A DNA stretch of 64,000 nucleotides. Source: Eledone cirrhosa. Taxonomy: Eukaryota. The position numbers and the translations under genes are program-made. The notes under the pieces were generated by a model, which was not told where the DNA came from, ran no database searches, and was given only the letters and a program-made list of their open reading frames with translations. Within the stretch, counting starts at the first letter, position 1, and the number at the start of each line of letters is the position of its first letter. The stretch lies in assembly GCA_964016885.1 (NCBI GenBank), contig OZ024742.1, positions 323,950,001-324,014,000 of the forward strand, written 5' to 3'. This document shows positions 13,919-28,305 of this stretch, piece after piece.

Positions 13919-14015
13919 ATTTATAAAACAAATTTTGTATTTTATCTGATGAGAGCGTACCAAAATGTTGGTACCCTTGAAATATATATAATAAAATAAA
14001 TATGGTTTTATAAAT
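13919..14015 (+). ncRNA. Type I hammerhead ribozyme (Penelope-like)
   Basis: Stem I TATTTTAT(13938-45)/ATAAAATA(13991-98), extended by ATTTATAAAAC/GTTTTATAAAT. CTGATGA 13946-52, 11-position stem II with one C-C mismatch, GAAA 13979-82, stem III ATATATAT, AUA cleavage triplet. Confidence 0.8.
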
Positions 14016-14037
14016 ATGGTTTCCATTTATTAATATC

Positions 14038-14100
<63 letters not shown>

Positions 14101-15834
14101 TCAACAACTCATCTCGGACGTTAAACCAACATTAAACCAACATTAAACCAACATTAAACCAACAAACAAGAGAAGTACTTGTAAATAAAGGTTTTATCAT
14201 AGCTGTGTAGTAAAGACATTAACTTTGCAACCAAGTGGTTTGGGGTTTGTTCTCACTGTGCAGCAGCCTGAGTAAGTGCCTTCTACTATAGCCTTGAGCT
14301 GACAAATGCCTTGTGAGTAAAATTGGTAAATGGAAACTAAGGATTTGTATATATGTGTGTGTGTGGCTAACCTCAGCTTTAGAAGGGACAATGGCCTTAA
14401 AACACTTGTGTTTTTGTGTGTCACCATGCATCTTCATATTGATATAGCTTAAATGCAATTCGTGACATTTGTTTATGTTATGCATAAACAATACATCTCA
14501 CAGCTTCAGGTCAATAACAATCAGAAGTATATATACCATACTTGAAAATATGGTTTAGCATCAAGAAGGGCATCCAAGTTAGAAAAGCTGCTTAAAAAAC
14601 TCTCACCTGATCAATGCCGGCATGGAAAAAGTGAATGTAAAAACAACAATCATGAATGATAATGATTAATAATAATCTATTAAAGTTACTTGGGGCATAA
14701 TATTGTAGCTGTTACAAGATTTTAAATTATGACCATGAGGGCAGTATGTTAATATATCTTAATTTCATTGCTAACTTCTAAGTGATTATAGGAGCAGTAA
14801 TAGTGGTTATAAATGGATGTTTGGTTCAGCTGAGATATTTAAAGAAAGAAAATTGAAGTGAGTATTAAATGTTCTAAAGAAATTGATTTAGAAGTGAAGT
14901 TTATATCAATAGAGTAAAGAACAGTCAGAAAATATTGGTGAGGTGAGATTGGGAGACTTGTATTACATAGAATCAGGGCCTTTATGGCATGTTCAGGAAC
15001 CAGACAACCATGAATATTTTTGCTCCCAAAAAGAAAAAAAGAGAAAAAAAAAACCTCTTGGATATTTGCTAATTTTAAGGGGTATTTTCCTCTCAAGACC
15101 CCAAAAGCAGTTTGTTCCACTTGGAAGCCCTGAAGACAGTAGGGCAGACTGAAGCAGGCAGACAGTTAAGGCCTTAAAAAAGCTAAAATATTTGATGGCA
15201 GAAAATTAGAAAGCAAGGTGACACACTTTGTTCTCTTTCACAACAAGAAAGATGAATATATTTTCTGTATGTGTGTGTGTTTTATTATTGCTTAGTCAGA
15301 GAAGAAAGGTCAGTGCCAGTGACCTTTACTAAGGTCTCAAGGACTGGTAGGAGGGAAAGAGCAAGAAAGGTGTCTTCAAACAAGAGATTTGATCTGAATG
15401 CTTGCAAGAGAGTGAACTCTGCTAAAGGCACTCAGTAGCAAGGTGGCAGTGTTAAAATAAGTGATGGCTCAAATTTACCATCCAAGTAGACTCCTTTCAG
15501 ATTTGAACTCAGAACATTGGAACAAATATTGCAATGCACCTGTCTTAGATACTTGTTCAAAGTACTATGCAAAGTGGAAGACAACACTATGTGTTTACAA
15601 AGTGACCTTCATGCATGTGCTTAGGATTTCTTAAAACCAGGAAAAAACTAGACAGTATCCACACAAATTGATATATTTGAGTTGAATATGTATTAAAGTG
15701 AAAGCAGAATTCATCTAATTAGCTCTCAAGGTAAAAAGGAAATTGCAGGTGATTTATATGACATTTGCATATGAGAAATGGTATCTATATACAGTAAAAA
15801 TAATGCATATGTGTATGTTTGTAATGCTACACCA

Positions 15835-16745
15835 TCTCACACAACACCACAAACAGGCAGAGTAGCATTAACCATATGTTAGTAATACATACTACACACA
15901 GTAGTAGTACAACCCACATATTAGTAATATATACACACACAGAGTTGTAATACCTCCCACATACAGTAGTAATACAACCCACATGCTAGCAACACTCACA
16001 CACACATATATATTAACTACATCACCCAGATATGTGTATACGTATAATCAATACCCACAAACAGTGAACACCACCCACACATGTTATTGATGTTATAGCC
16101 CTGATCACTAGCAGAACAAACCCAGTTATTGGCCAACATACACCCTACAGAAATACCAGCAGACTTACACATAAACAGACACATACACACATCAGACAGA
16201 AACACCGGCTGCACACGGCCAGACGTCAGCAACAGACACATGACATCACACAGAAACATTAGCAGCACATGCATGCATGTACACACACACACACACATAC
16301 ATACATACATACAGTGACATCAACAATATAGGCACTCGCACGCATGCAGATGTCAGCAACACAGGCATTCACACATACAAACAGCAACACCCACACAGAC
16401 ACTCACGCACACACACATACATACAGCAGCACACACAGAAAGATATATCAGAGATATACGTCAGCACACACATACACCCAGATGTCACAGAGAAACAACA
16501 GTGCACACATATACACACACACATACATGCAATACGGACGTCAGACGAAAACACGTCAGCAGCACACACCCAGATGTCAGCAAAGCACACCCAGACACCA
16601 CACAGAAATGTTAGCAGCACATGTTTGCATGGTCATACACACAGGTGTCAATAACACACACATACACAGAACCCAGCAATAGAGGGCATAGATGTCACCA
16701 GTACACATTAAGATGCCAGCCAACACATACACATTCACTCAGGAT
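15835..16745. repeat. Degenerate CA-rich minisatellite (cagatgtcagca..cacaca units)
   Basis: Recurrent cagaYgtcagca motif with CA runs. Confidence 0.8.
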
Positions 16746-16888
16746 ATGCTACTCATAGAAGCTGTGTATAAAACATAACTAGGTTTGTATATAAAGAATT
16801 TGTCGTAGATTAATATGTGAAATTAACAAATGAGTCCGAGTAATTAAACAAGCATTTTAAGGCCATTTCTACCATCTAAAGCAGGTTT

Positions 16889-16970
16889 TAACCCTGTGGA
16901 CTTCATGAGAAAGGGTCCTTTTAAGGTAACCCTGTGGACTTCATGAGAAAGGGTCCTTTTAAGGTAACCC
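16889..16970. repeat. Perfect 38-bp tandem duplication
   Basis: taaccctgtggacttcatgagaaagggtccttttaagg occurs twice. Confidence 0.95.
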
Positions 16971-17126
16971 TTTTATTTGCCACTTATGACACACAGAGTT
17001 ATGCTGTATCGATTGTAAACTGGGGAGTAATTAAACTACAGCTAACAAATTACCCATAGACTGGGTTTCTGTGTCAGATATCAGACAGGATAAATATCCC
17101 ACACTCCACAGGATAAATGTGCCAGA

Positions 17127-17315
17127 CCACAGAGGGATCACTGCATCACACCACACAGAGATCACTGCATCACACCACACAGAGATTACTGCATTACACC
17201 ACACAGGGATCACTGTGTCACACAACACAGGGATCAGTGTGTCACAACACATGGGATCATTGTGTCACAGCACAGAGATCCCTGTGTCACAACACATAGG
17301 GTCAATATGTCACAA
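17127..17315. repeat. ~24-bp minisatellite (cacagagatcactgcatcacacca), about 8 units
   Basis: Directly visible. Confidence 0.9.
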
Positions 17316-18188
17316 GATGAAAAGTTTACCTTTCTTGTGAATCCATCTAGAGGTGAAGCAGTTAATGTGCAGGAAATAGCAGCTAATTTACCCTCAAATC
17401 ACACCATAAGATCTTAAAAATTGCCCCGTTGGATAGTCATGGTTGGAAAACCATTAATCATGGGTCTGCTTGATCAGAGCTGACCTAGAGCTAAACAACT
17501 ACATCTTTGTGTTGCTACATGTGAAAAGGGCACAGGTGTTGTACCTGTAATTCAAAGATACAGCCATGTCACCTATTGTGTCATGTTGATTCAGCTTGGG
17601 GATTACATTAAAGGTACACATCTCTGTAGAATACTCAACCATTTACATGTTAATTCACGTGTTGGACATTTAGTTGATCAAACAACCGAATATTCACCTG
17701 CACCAGCACCACCACCACCATCACCTGCACTAGCACCACCACCATCATCTGCACCACCAGCACCACCACCTGCACCGTGAGAACCTTTGGTGTAAACGCT
17801 GCCTCACTGGTCTGTAAGTCAGTATTGTTTTGACACTGTTATTGTTGGTAGTGGTGGTGGTGGGAAGCATTCATGCTTAATTGATGGCAGAGACAGTGTA
17901 TATACATGTGTGAATGTATGTGTAAGTGTACCAGTGTGCGAGTGTATGAGCATGTGTATCAGTGAGTCAGTGTGTGTGTGAAAGAGTGTATACATGTGTG
18001 TTTAACTTTCTTAACATGTTCCAATGATAGATATGTCAACAAGGTTCTGAGAAATTATCCTTGGGGTACAGAATAATGCTTAAAGATTTTAAACAGTAGG
18101 TAGATCACAGCAGAAAGATCAACATCTACACTGCATACAAAATATATGAAGACTGATGGCTACTTCTATAGAGCTGAATTCACTCAAA

Positions 18189-18392
18189 TCAACTCTTAAT
18201 ATCCTGTAATGATTCAACAAAATATCTAAAAATGTTTTTCTTAATTTTAAATGTTTATAGTATCTTGACTAATGGACAGATCATTGTGAAAATTTGCTTA
18301 CATTTTTAAAGTGATACAGTCAGTGCTGATTTATATTTTTCAAGATTGTCTTGCTAATGTGGTTTTATGCAGCACAGGGCATTAAGAGTTAA
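18189..18392. mobile_element. Further TTAA MITE family (copies at about 58737-58985 and 59002-59192; related 54062-54286)
   Basis: aactcttaat ... attaagagttaa termini and a shared body. Confidence 0.7.
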
Positions 18393-20075
18393 CACAGATT
18401 GATACTTCTTTAGAGTTGGATTTATTCAAATGAATTTTTTTTATGACTACATTAAGTATCTGACCCAGCTGTGTGCATTTTGAGTTCAAACACTACATCA
18501 TTATGCCAGGAGTTTCAAATGGTAAATATTATCAACAATGGAAAGACCAATGGAATCATTTTTCCTTGATCTGTTCTGATGATTGGTTGTTTTCCTTTAC
18601 ATGACTATAGTTCTATTGAAATATACTGCCCATGTATTTCAATTAATTTTGAAAATAGTCAAGAATTTTCAAGAATATCTAACTTCTCATTTTAAATATC
18701 AAGCCTAGTGACCAAAAGTAACTCCCAACTTAATATTAAAAAAGGAAAAATATCTGTAATGTAATTAGATTTCAGTCCAATATTTTAATTTAAATTTGAA
18801 CATCTTAATATAGGTGGTATTTGGCAGGCTGATATTTAATGGATATTCTTTTGTATGAGAAAACTATCACATGACATCCACCAGGTGCTGCAACCAACTC
18901 ACAGTAGTCTACACTCTCAGGAGGGCAAAGATCTGGGCATTCATTAGTATATGTTGAGTAGTCCACTCTGGCAAGCCACATAGGCAAGCCACATAGGCAA
19001 GCTGCTGATGGTCAGAGCTACGAGTAGTGCATGGCTGCATTGAATCAGCTGACACCTGTGTGTAGCTGATTCAGGGATACCCACTCCTTTCAAGAGAGTT
19101 TAGCACCCGGTGGCATGTCTGTATTGGGGTTGGCAATTAGATGGGTTGATCAAGGTGTCTGTTGCCAGCTAGCTCTCCATGTTTGAAAAGCATGTTAAAA
19201 TTTTAGTTTTGCAGCTGTGCTGCATGACAAGAGAAAGAGCGACATGACATTAAGTAATGTTCTAGTATCTGAGAATCCTCAGCCATGTTATGAAGCAGAT
19301 GAGTTTGTGTCTATTGAGGCCTTAGTTATCCACCTGTGTGTGAGAGGCTCTCTATGAAGTGGTGCAGGAGCAATGCCTGAGAACACAGGTAGATATTAAT
19401 GGGATAAGCTGATGTTTGGCATATAAAAAGATACAATTGATAAAAGGTTTAAATTTACAAATAAGCAATATAAAAGGGATTAATTTCTTGCATTGAATCA
19501 GAGGAAGCATCAAGTGGGTTCATATCAAAAGGGTTACACCAAACAACAACAGAGGCTGCTACAGTTAATTGTCCCACTAGAAATAGCTGTCAAATAATCC
19601 TCAATCTTACAACATCAATTTTAAAGATGGACGGGTATATGGGAAATCCTCAAATCAAAAAAAAAAAAAAAAAAAAAAATACAGGATGAACATGGTTGGA
19701 ATGCTTTTGATCAGAGGTATACCTGATTAGCAGCTGAACAATAACAGTAGCATTTATTACAATATACATTAAATCATTTAAGGGGATAGTCATGAATGGA
19801 AGTTCTTGGATCATAAGTCAGCCTGATCAATGCTGATCTGAGTCTAAAGAAGAACAGTAATATCTGTTGCATATAGACTCAATCTGTTAACACGACGGTC
19901 ACAAGTGGAAGGTCTTTGATCATAGCTATGCCCAATCATGGCTAACAAGGGGTGGAAAACAACTGAACATTTTCGTAGCTTCTGTCTGTTCTCTTGTGGA
20001 ATGGACAGAAGTTACGAAAACATCATTCTTGTCCATTCCCTTGCTTTTTATCTTTGGTTTGCCTTGGAAACATAA

Positions 20076-20187
20076 CCTTATTACATAATGATGTTGTCTG
20101 ATGAGATCCTGTGACTGGTTACATGATTGAACAATCACATAGCCATGATCGTCATTGAAATATGTATCACAGTTTTATTAATAAAGG
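20076..20187 (+). ncRNA. Type I hammerhead ribozyme with long, partly decayed stem II
   Basis: TTGT/ACAG stem I plus distal pairing. CTGATGA 20098-104, stem II base GAT-C..C-ATT, inner TGGTTA/TAGCCA and TGATTG/CAATCA helices, GAAA 20157-60, then TATGTAT-C. Confidence 0.6.
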
Positions 20188-20989
20188 ACTCTTTAACATC
20201 TACAACAAACTTTGCATTTTCCTTATTCTATATATAATCATCATCATCACTGACTAATGTCCATTTTTCTTTTCACACTAGCATGGATTAGACGAGTTGT
20301 CCTGTTGTGAGACAAGCCAGATCAGAATCCTATGCATATGAGTATCTTGAAAAGTAAGTCCTGTATATATATATGAGTGTATAGAACAGTGTCCTATTAC
20401 ATATTACGGTGTAGTATAGATTGTTATGTGTATATGAGAGTGTAGAAGTAACATCATATGACTCCATGTAGTTATCCAACTGAATAAAAATAATCTCCAG
20501 TCGATGTAAAGCAAGAATAGAGAGAGTATTGAATTTAAATACCACCACTTCACCTCCACCCACATAGATTCTACAAATTTCTTTCATAGCTCAGTACTTC
20601 AATGTTTATTTATATAAACAAGAAGACACTATATATAAAGATCCCCCTTCTGTCATGAATGACCATGGGATTTACACCAGCAGAGCTCCCCTATGCATAG
20701 CAATCTTCCCTCTTTATGACACTGGTGTTGTTGAAGGGAAAAGCAAAGGTCAATATAGTTTAGCAGCAGTGATGTCGCAACTAATTTTTTCTAGCTGAGT
20801 GAACAGGAGCAACTCAAAATAAAATGTCTTGCTCATGGACACAGCACACTGATAATTGTTTTATGTTCATTTTCCATGCTGAAATGGTTTAATACATATC
20901 TTTCTTTTACCTGTTCCAGCCCATAGGCTTAAGCCATGGTGGTGCATTGCTATTATATCTGTGTGTGTGTGTGTGTCTGTAAACAGATC

Positions 20990-21140
20990 AAGCTGTCTAC
21001 TTAGTAACAAATGCCTCTACAAGGAGTTTGAATACATGGGCAAAGTTCAAGACAATGGAGGAACTACTCAAATGTACATTGGTCTAACAGCAAATACATT
21101 CAAGGTTTGCTTCACACATCTATATTCGTTCAGAAAGGGA
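20990..21140 (+). mobile_element. Penelope-like GIY-YIG endonuclease fragment
   Basis: SCLLSNKCLYKEFEYMGKVQDNGGTTQMYIGLTANTFKVCFTHLYSFRK matches the Penelope pattern CPLxxKCL..VY....YIGLTxxxFKxRxxxHxxSFR. Confidence 0.75.
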
Positions 21141-22289
21141 AGTGTGCAAAACCGCATAGCAATGAATTTAAATACATCCACCCTGATCCCAATTACATAG
21201 ATTCTATAAAGTACCACCATAGGCATGTGATGAATGCTTTATTGCAAATATATATATATATATATATTGAATTGGCAGTATCGGTAGAGGGTCGGACGCC
21301 ATGCTTTGCAGCATAGAGTTACGGCCCTTTTGCGGTCTGAGTTCAAATCCCGCCAAGGTTAACTTTGCTTTTCATCCTTACGGGGTTGATCAAATATAGT
21401 ACCAGTAATGCACTGGGATAATTACTGGCCTTGTGCCAAAAGTAGAAACAATATATATATATTGTAGTAAAAACTTGGTAAAAAAAATAACCAAGGGGTC
21501 AGAGCACTCAGTCTGTGGGACAAGTTATGATATGTACAATAAATATAAATACTATAACAATGCCATTAGGCAAATACTTGAGTTTCGTTAGCTTTATGCC
21601 AACTTTATATATATATATATATGTATATATAAAATCATCATCACTGTTTAACATCCATTTTTCCATGTTAGTATGTATATATGCGTGTGTATACACACAC
21701 CACTGTGACTCTTCCTGCCTTACCACTATAGTTCCCCCTCTCACATGTAAATTATATTCTTTACTCTTTCAATATTTGGTCATTCCTCTTCTTCTAATCC
21801 CCCTCTTGGACATATTTAGTTTAAAAGAAAGGTGACTGCAAGGAGTAAAGAGACTTCTTTAGTTATAGAGGACTTGATGATAGACAGACATACAAACACA
21901 GACACACACCATCAGAATTTTTACATTGACTTTTCCAAGCCAGCAAGGGTTGAACGACACTTTTTACAGCTTGATGCCTATCCTGACTCCAACACTTTTA
22001 GCTGCTTCATACATCAAATGTACCTATTCTAAACCAGGTACACACATATATACACAAACTCATAAGCTCACACATATCCATACACACTTATATTAATTCA
22101 GATATTAACATACACTAGTGTGGCATGGGGGCATCATATAATATAAACAACAACAACAACAACAAAATGAACAAAATGAAAAACAAATGACTATCAACAT
22201 GTGTCTCCAAACTGATAAAAAATATTGCACAATAACTTAAAAACAACTACATCATATTTGTTTTTCACATATACAAAAACAATACACAA

Positions 22290-23017
22290 ATAATAATAAT
22301 AATGGTTTCTTATATAGGCACAAGGCCATCAATTTTGGGGGGAATTCGATTAAATCGACCCCAGTACGTGACTGGTGCTTTATTTTATCGACCCCGTAAG
22401 GATGAAAGACAATGGTGGGATTTGAACACAGAACGTAAAGAGCCAAACCTAGGCTGCAAAGCAATTACATTACTGGTACTTTATTTTATCGACCCTGTAA
22501 GGATGAAAGGCAAAGTTAACCTCGGCGGGATTTGAACTCAGACCGTAAAGGGACGTAACTATGCTGGAAAGCATGGTGTCCGACTTTCTACCGATACTGC
22601 CAATCCCCCGCCCATAATGATAATAATAATAATGGTTTTTGCTTTAGGCACAAAGCCAGTAATTTGGGGGAGGGTCAACATCAATTAAATCAATCTCAGT
22701 ACTTACTGATATTTCTTTTATTGACACGGAAAGGATGAAAGGTAAATCTGTCCTCAGCAGGACTTGAACACGAAATGGAAAGACCAGTAACTAAATGCTG
22801 CAAAATATTTTGTTTGGTGCTCTAATGATTCTGCCAAACTATTGCCATAATAATAATAATAATAATAATAATTGTTTCTACTTTTGGCACAAGGCCAGCA
22901 ATTACTCAGTGCATTACTGGTACTTTATTTTATCGACCCCGCGAAATGGAAAGACCAGTAACTAAATGCTGCAAAATATTTTGTCTGGTGCTCTAATGAT
23001 TCTGCCAAACTATTGCC

Positions 23018-23049
<32 letters not shown>

Positions 23050-23715
23050 TGTTGTTTCTACTTTTGGCACACGGCCAGCAATTACTGGTAATTTATTTTA
23101 TCGACGTGCATTATGAAGCACATAGCCAAGGCACACAGACCTGTGCTTGGTAATGCAATGACACTAGACAATGAAAATAAGACTAATGATGGTGGTGATA
23201 ATTTCTTTCATTGGCCACAAGGGCACAGAATGTTGGGGACAATATAATAACAAAAACAACAACAAAAGGAAGGAGAAATCAACAAAGGGAAACAGTAGAT
23301 ATAATAATAACAATAATGATGATAAATAAACATAAACAAGGTTAACATTTCTGGTGAGGGAAAGCTTGATTAAATTGACCCCAGTTTTTGACCAGCACTT
23401 TTATTTATCAACACTGGAAGGATGAGAGGCAACATTGACCTCTCAGTGGGATTTGAACTTTTAACAAAGAGCTGAAACAAATACCACAAAGCAGTTTGAT
23501 ACCCAAATAACAATAATTGTCTCTACTTTTGGCACAAGGCCAGCAATTTGAAGGGAAGGCGAAAGTTGATTAAATTGATCCTAGTGTATTACTGGAACTT
23601 TATTTCATTAACCCTGTAAAGATGAAAGGCAAACCCTAACCTCGACAGGATTTGAACTCAGAATGTAAAGGGTGCTATCAGAATATGCTAAAGCATTCTG
23701 TGTGACTCTGCTAGA
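22290..23715 (-). mobile_element. Second large SINE family B array, with nested and duplicated copies
   Basis: Same unit repeated. 22772-22900 is duplicated at 22943-23080. Confidence 0.85.
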
Positions 23716-24350
23716 TAATAACAACAACAATGAAAACAATAATAATATTTATGATAATAAACATTGATCAGTAAATCATTTATGAATGTAAATAAAGTGT
23801 GTATGTGAGAGAGTGTGTGTGTGTTTGTGTGCGAGAGATATAAAGATGTGCCGCATATTAATATACAATTGTATTATATATATACATATATATACACACA
23901 AACACACATACATATGAAACATATAGCAGATAACTCCAGAAACTGGGTAGGTGGGTTAAAGTAAGCTACATTTTAAAAGTATGCTATATATATATATTTA
24001 TATGTACTTACGTTAAAAGCACCACAGACTTGGGTAATTTTGTTTCCAGTTAATATCCTTGTGAGAGACATATACAGACCGTATGCGTAGTTTGTATATT
24101 TTGTGCGTGTTTGTGTTTATATATATTTAAATGAACATATATATATAGTTTTCATAACAATTGCATAGCTCCTTGTTATGTATTTATCTATCTATATATA
24201 TTTATATCCAGATGTTAAATATTTTTTAAAGGAATCCTCCACTTTATCACTGCATTGACAACAGCAGCAACAAATTAACATTTAGTTTTTCATGCAGAGC
24301 ACGTCCCTGGTAAATAAATATTTTCAGTGGATTAAAAGAAATAAAATTTG

Positions 24351-24381
<31 letters not shown>

Positions 24382-24853
24382 AAGGGACTTTAAAGTGGAG
24401 AGTAAATGAAAATATAAAAATTATTAGAAAAAAAAAATCCCCAGAGATTAAAAACAGAAAAATAAAACACAAAGGGAATATTTGAATTAATAGTAGTAGT
24501 AACAATAAGTGTTCCTGCTTGCTGGTTGTGTGTTCAATTCCAACCTAGGTTAACTGATAACTGTCCATAGTAAAATAATGAGAGGCAATCCACAGAACCA
24601 AAGAAAGAAAAAAGAAAAAAAAAATCAGAAAAGATAGATATGAGAATGTGTGTGACAGGAATAGTAAAACGAACTGTCAGAACTGCCAGACAGACAAGCC
24701 ATGGGTATATTATGGATGTTTGGAAAAGAGAAAGCCCACATTCTCACATACAACAGTAGCATCACCAGACAACATCTGTAAAAGCTAGCAGTATGGTCTA
24801 TGTGTGTTTGTGTGGTAGGAGGAGCTCTTTCTAAGCAGGTGGTTGGTCCACAG

Positions 24854-25624
<771 letters not shown>

Positions 25625-25838
25625 AGCATTTTGCAGTAGGAGCAGAAATCTAACCAGAGTTTAATATTTACTGTTGATGCTAGCTAGCACAGGGAGAGGG
25701 TTAGCAGAAAGACAGAAAAGTGAGGAGGACAGATATAGTAGGCAGATTGCTACACAAAAATGTGTATGTGTATGTGTGCGTATGCATACATACACACACA
25801 CACATATATGGAGAGAGACTTAGCAGTAGAGGGTGACA

Positions 25839-25869
<31 letters not shown>

Positions 25870-26759
25870 CATATATATACACACACATATATACATATAT
25901 AGATACACATATATATATATATATACATACATATATATATATATAGATACACACACATATATATATATATATACATATACACATATATATAAGAGAGAGA
26001 GGGAGAGAGAGTATGGAGAGAGTGGATAGAAGAGAGAGAAGGAGTGGAAGAACAGCCACAAGAACATGGTACATAGTTAAAGACATTAACAATGATCACA
26101 GACATCATAAGTTCAAAACCCCCTTCATATATAAGGTCAGGTCAGGTCACAATATCTGAAATACCTCTATGCAATAAAGTGGACTTTGACCCTTTCATTA
26201 CTATAGTTACAATGAAGGACACTGTATTTGAATTAATAAATGAAGAATTTGGAAGGATTTATTAAAATCATTAATTATTTCATCATGAAGATAGTATTTG
26301 TAACATAATTTAACCAAAAGTTCTAATGTCAAATCATGTTGGAAGATTTTAATTTAAATAACAACTCTTTAAAATGCATGATTTTGTTCCATAGAACTAG
26401 AAGTGGTTTTCCATGTGTGGGTACCAAATGGGTTAAAGGGAATGTTTAAGTATATAAGAATGTAACATCATGTTTATGATGCCATGTAAGTCTGCTTGTC
26501 TGTGTGTACTACTCTTTTATTCTTTTACTTATTTTAGTCATTCACCACCAGCCATGAAGGGACAACACCTTAAAGCGTTTTAGTTGGTTATATCAAACCC
26601 AGAATATATTTATTTCAAATCTGGAATTATTTTATCGATCACATTTTGTCGAACTACTAAGCCACAAGACATACACAGGTGCACACACACACACATGGAA
26701 ACAAACAAACACACCCACACACTCACACAGAAATGCAGGCATGGAAACAAGCACACACA

Positions 26760-27380
26760 CATATATCTGGCTCCATCTGCAATTTTATATCTTTACAAGA
26801 GTCAGATGAGACTGGAAATTGAGTACTGTTTCCACATCTGGAGAAGTGCTGCTCAGAACTCCCTATCCTGTCTAGATAAAGTTCAGAGTTGCTTGTGTAA
26901 CCTTGTTGGAAATTTGCTTTTTCCACCTCTCAAGCCACTCTTTCACAGACATGATGTCATAAGCCTGGCATTACTTTATTGTTATTTCCACAGGAAATGC
27001 TCCGATGAACTTTACTCTCTAGTCCCAAAAATGAGACTTTCTCTGCCAGGACCCACCCTGATAAGTCCATTGAGACAAACCATTCACATTTTATTCATAT
27101 TCCTAAAATCAGGCATAAGTTTCATGGAAATAGTTTCATTCCAAGAATCACATCTCTATGGAACAAACTGCCTAGGGATGGCTTTCCTTGTGGCTACATT
27201 GACATTTTTAAGTAAAGGGTCATTAAGTACCTCTACATGTCCTAATTTCATCCAAATTGCCGATCCATTCATCATTTTCTTGCTTATAGCACTCTTCAAT
27301 TTCCCCTCATCATCCTTTCCTCCATGTTCATCCTGTCATGTAACTCATAATCTTGAGTGGCTTTAAAGTCTTGTTATGTG
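26760..27380 (+). mobile_element. CR1/Jockey-group LINE 3' fragment
   Basis: LYKSQMRLEIEYCFHIW...LDKVQ...LKPLFHRHDVISLALLYCYFHRKCS is typical of the post-RT region of these LINEs. Confidence 0.85.
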
Positions 27381-28180
27381 GGGGCCTTTAGTACATTATA
27401 TATATATATATATAAACATCTCATCATCATAAAATATCTGTTTTCCTCGCTAGCAAGGGTTGGACAGGTTGTCACAGATCAAGTTAGTACTCAAGCAAAT
27501 AATGGTCTCTAAGATGAGTTGGGGGCTTTCATCTCAACATTCCCACAAGCCACAGGGTGCTTGGAGGGGCTGAGGGCCTGCATCTCACTTATAAAACGTT
27601 CCATCACTTTACCAAGTCCATTTTGTCATAGAACCAAAACCAGGGTAGTTGTTAAGTCTTTGACACAATTGAAGAATTCTCTCAACCTTTTGTTTGTTAA
27701 GTTTTCTATAGTCGGATGCCCTTCCTAGCACTAGCCACTTTACAGAGTGTACTTGGTACATTTATAGTATAACTCGCCAACATAGAAAGGTTGTCATATG
27801 CTTGACACAATTGGCACAGTTTCTTCAGCAATATGCCTTTCCTATTGTTAACCATCTTTACAAGGAATACAGGGTACATTTCTTGTGAGGCTCAACTTTT
27901 TAAGGTCAGTCATCATTACCTTATCCCATCCCTTCCTGGACCTGCCTCTTCCACAAGTCCCATCCACTGAGATTTCTCTGCACTTTTTTATACAGCTGTC
28001 AACTTCCATCATTGAAAGATATATGGGTACATATACATTGATATTAGATTGAAAAATGTGTGCTTTGAATCAAAATACAACTTCATCCCATTTATGACAC
28101 TTTACATGCAGGATGACTTTGCCTAAAGCTATTTATGAGACAAAGCAACCACTTACACATTACATTAACAAGTTGAACTT

Positions 28181-28305
28181 TCAGTTGATTAAACAACAGG
28201 AACATTTATTGTAGAAGCCAACATAGAATTCAACATCTTGTGTGAAATGAGGATCTTTATTGTTGCAATATGGAATAGTGGTTTGATTCACATCAACAAC
28301 AAATC
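28181..28305 (-). CDS. Candidate terminal coding exon of an unidentified Cys-rich protein: (G)FVVDVNQTTIPYCNNKDPHFTQDVEFYVGFYNKCSCCLIN*
   Basis: Good acceptor (tcttttgtttatgtag), open frame to TGA, protein-like composition, NQT sequon and CSCC end. No partner exon identified. Confidence 0.4.

Noticed and set aside
17695-17780. Pro-rich or Gly-rich ORF
   Set aside because: Degenerate (CCA)n microsatellite next to a SINE fragment.
19926-20138. piggyBac-like peptide MDKNDVFVTSVH
   Set aside because: Similarity is too short; the region is better explained as hammerhead-adjacent sequence on the other strand.
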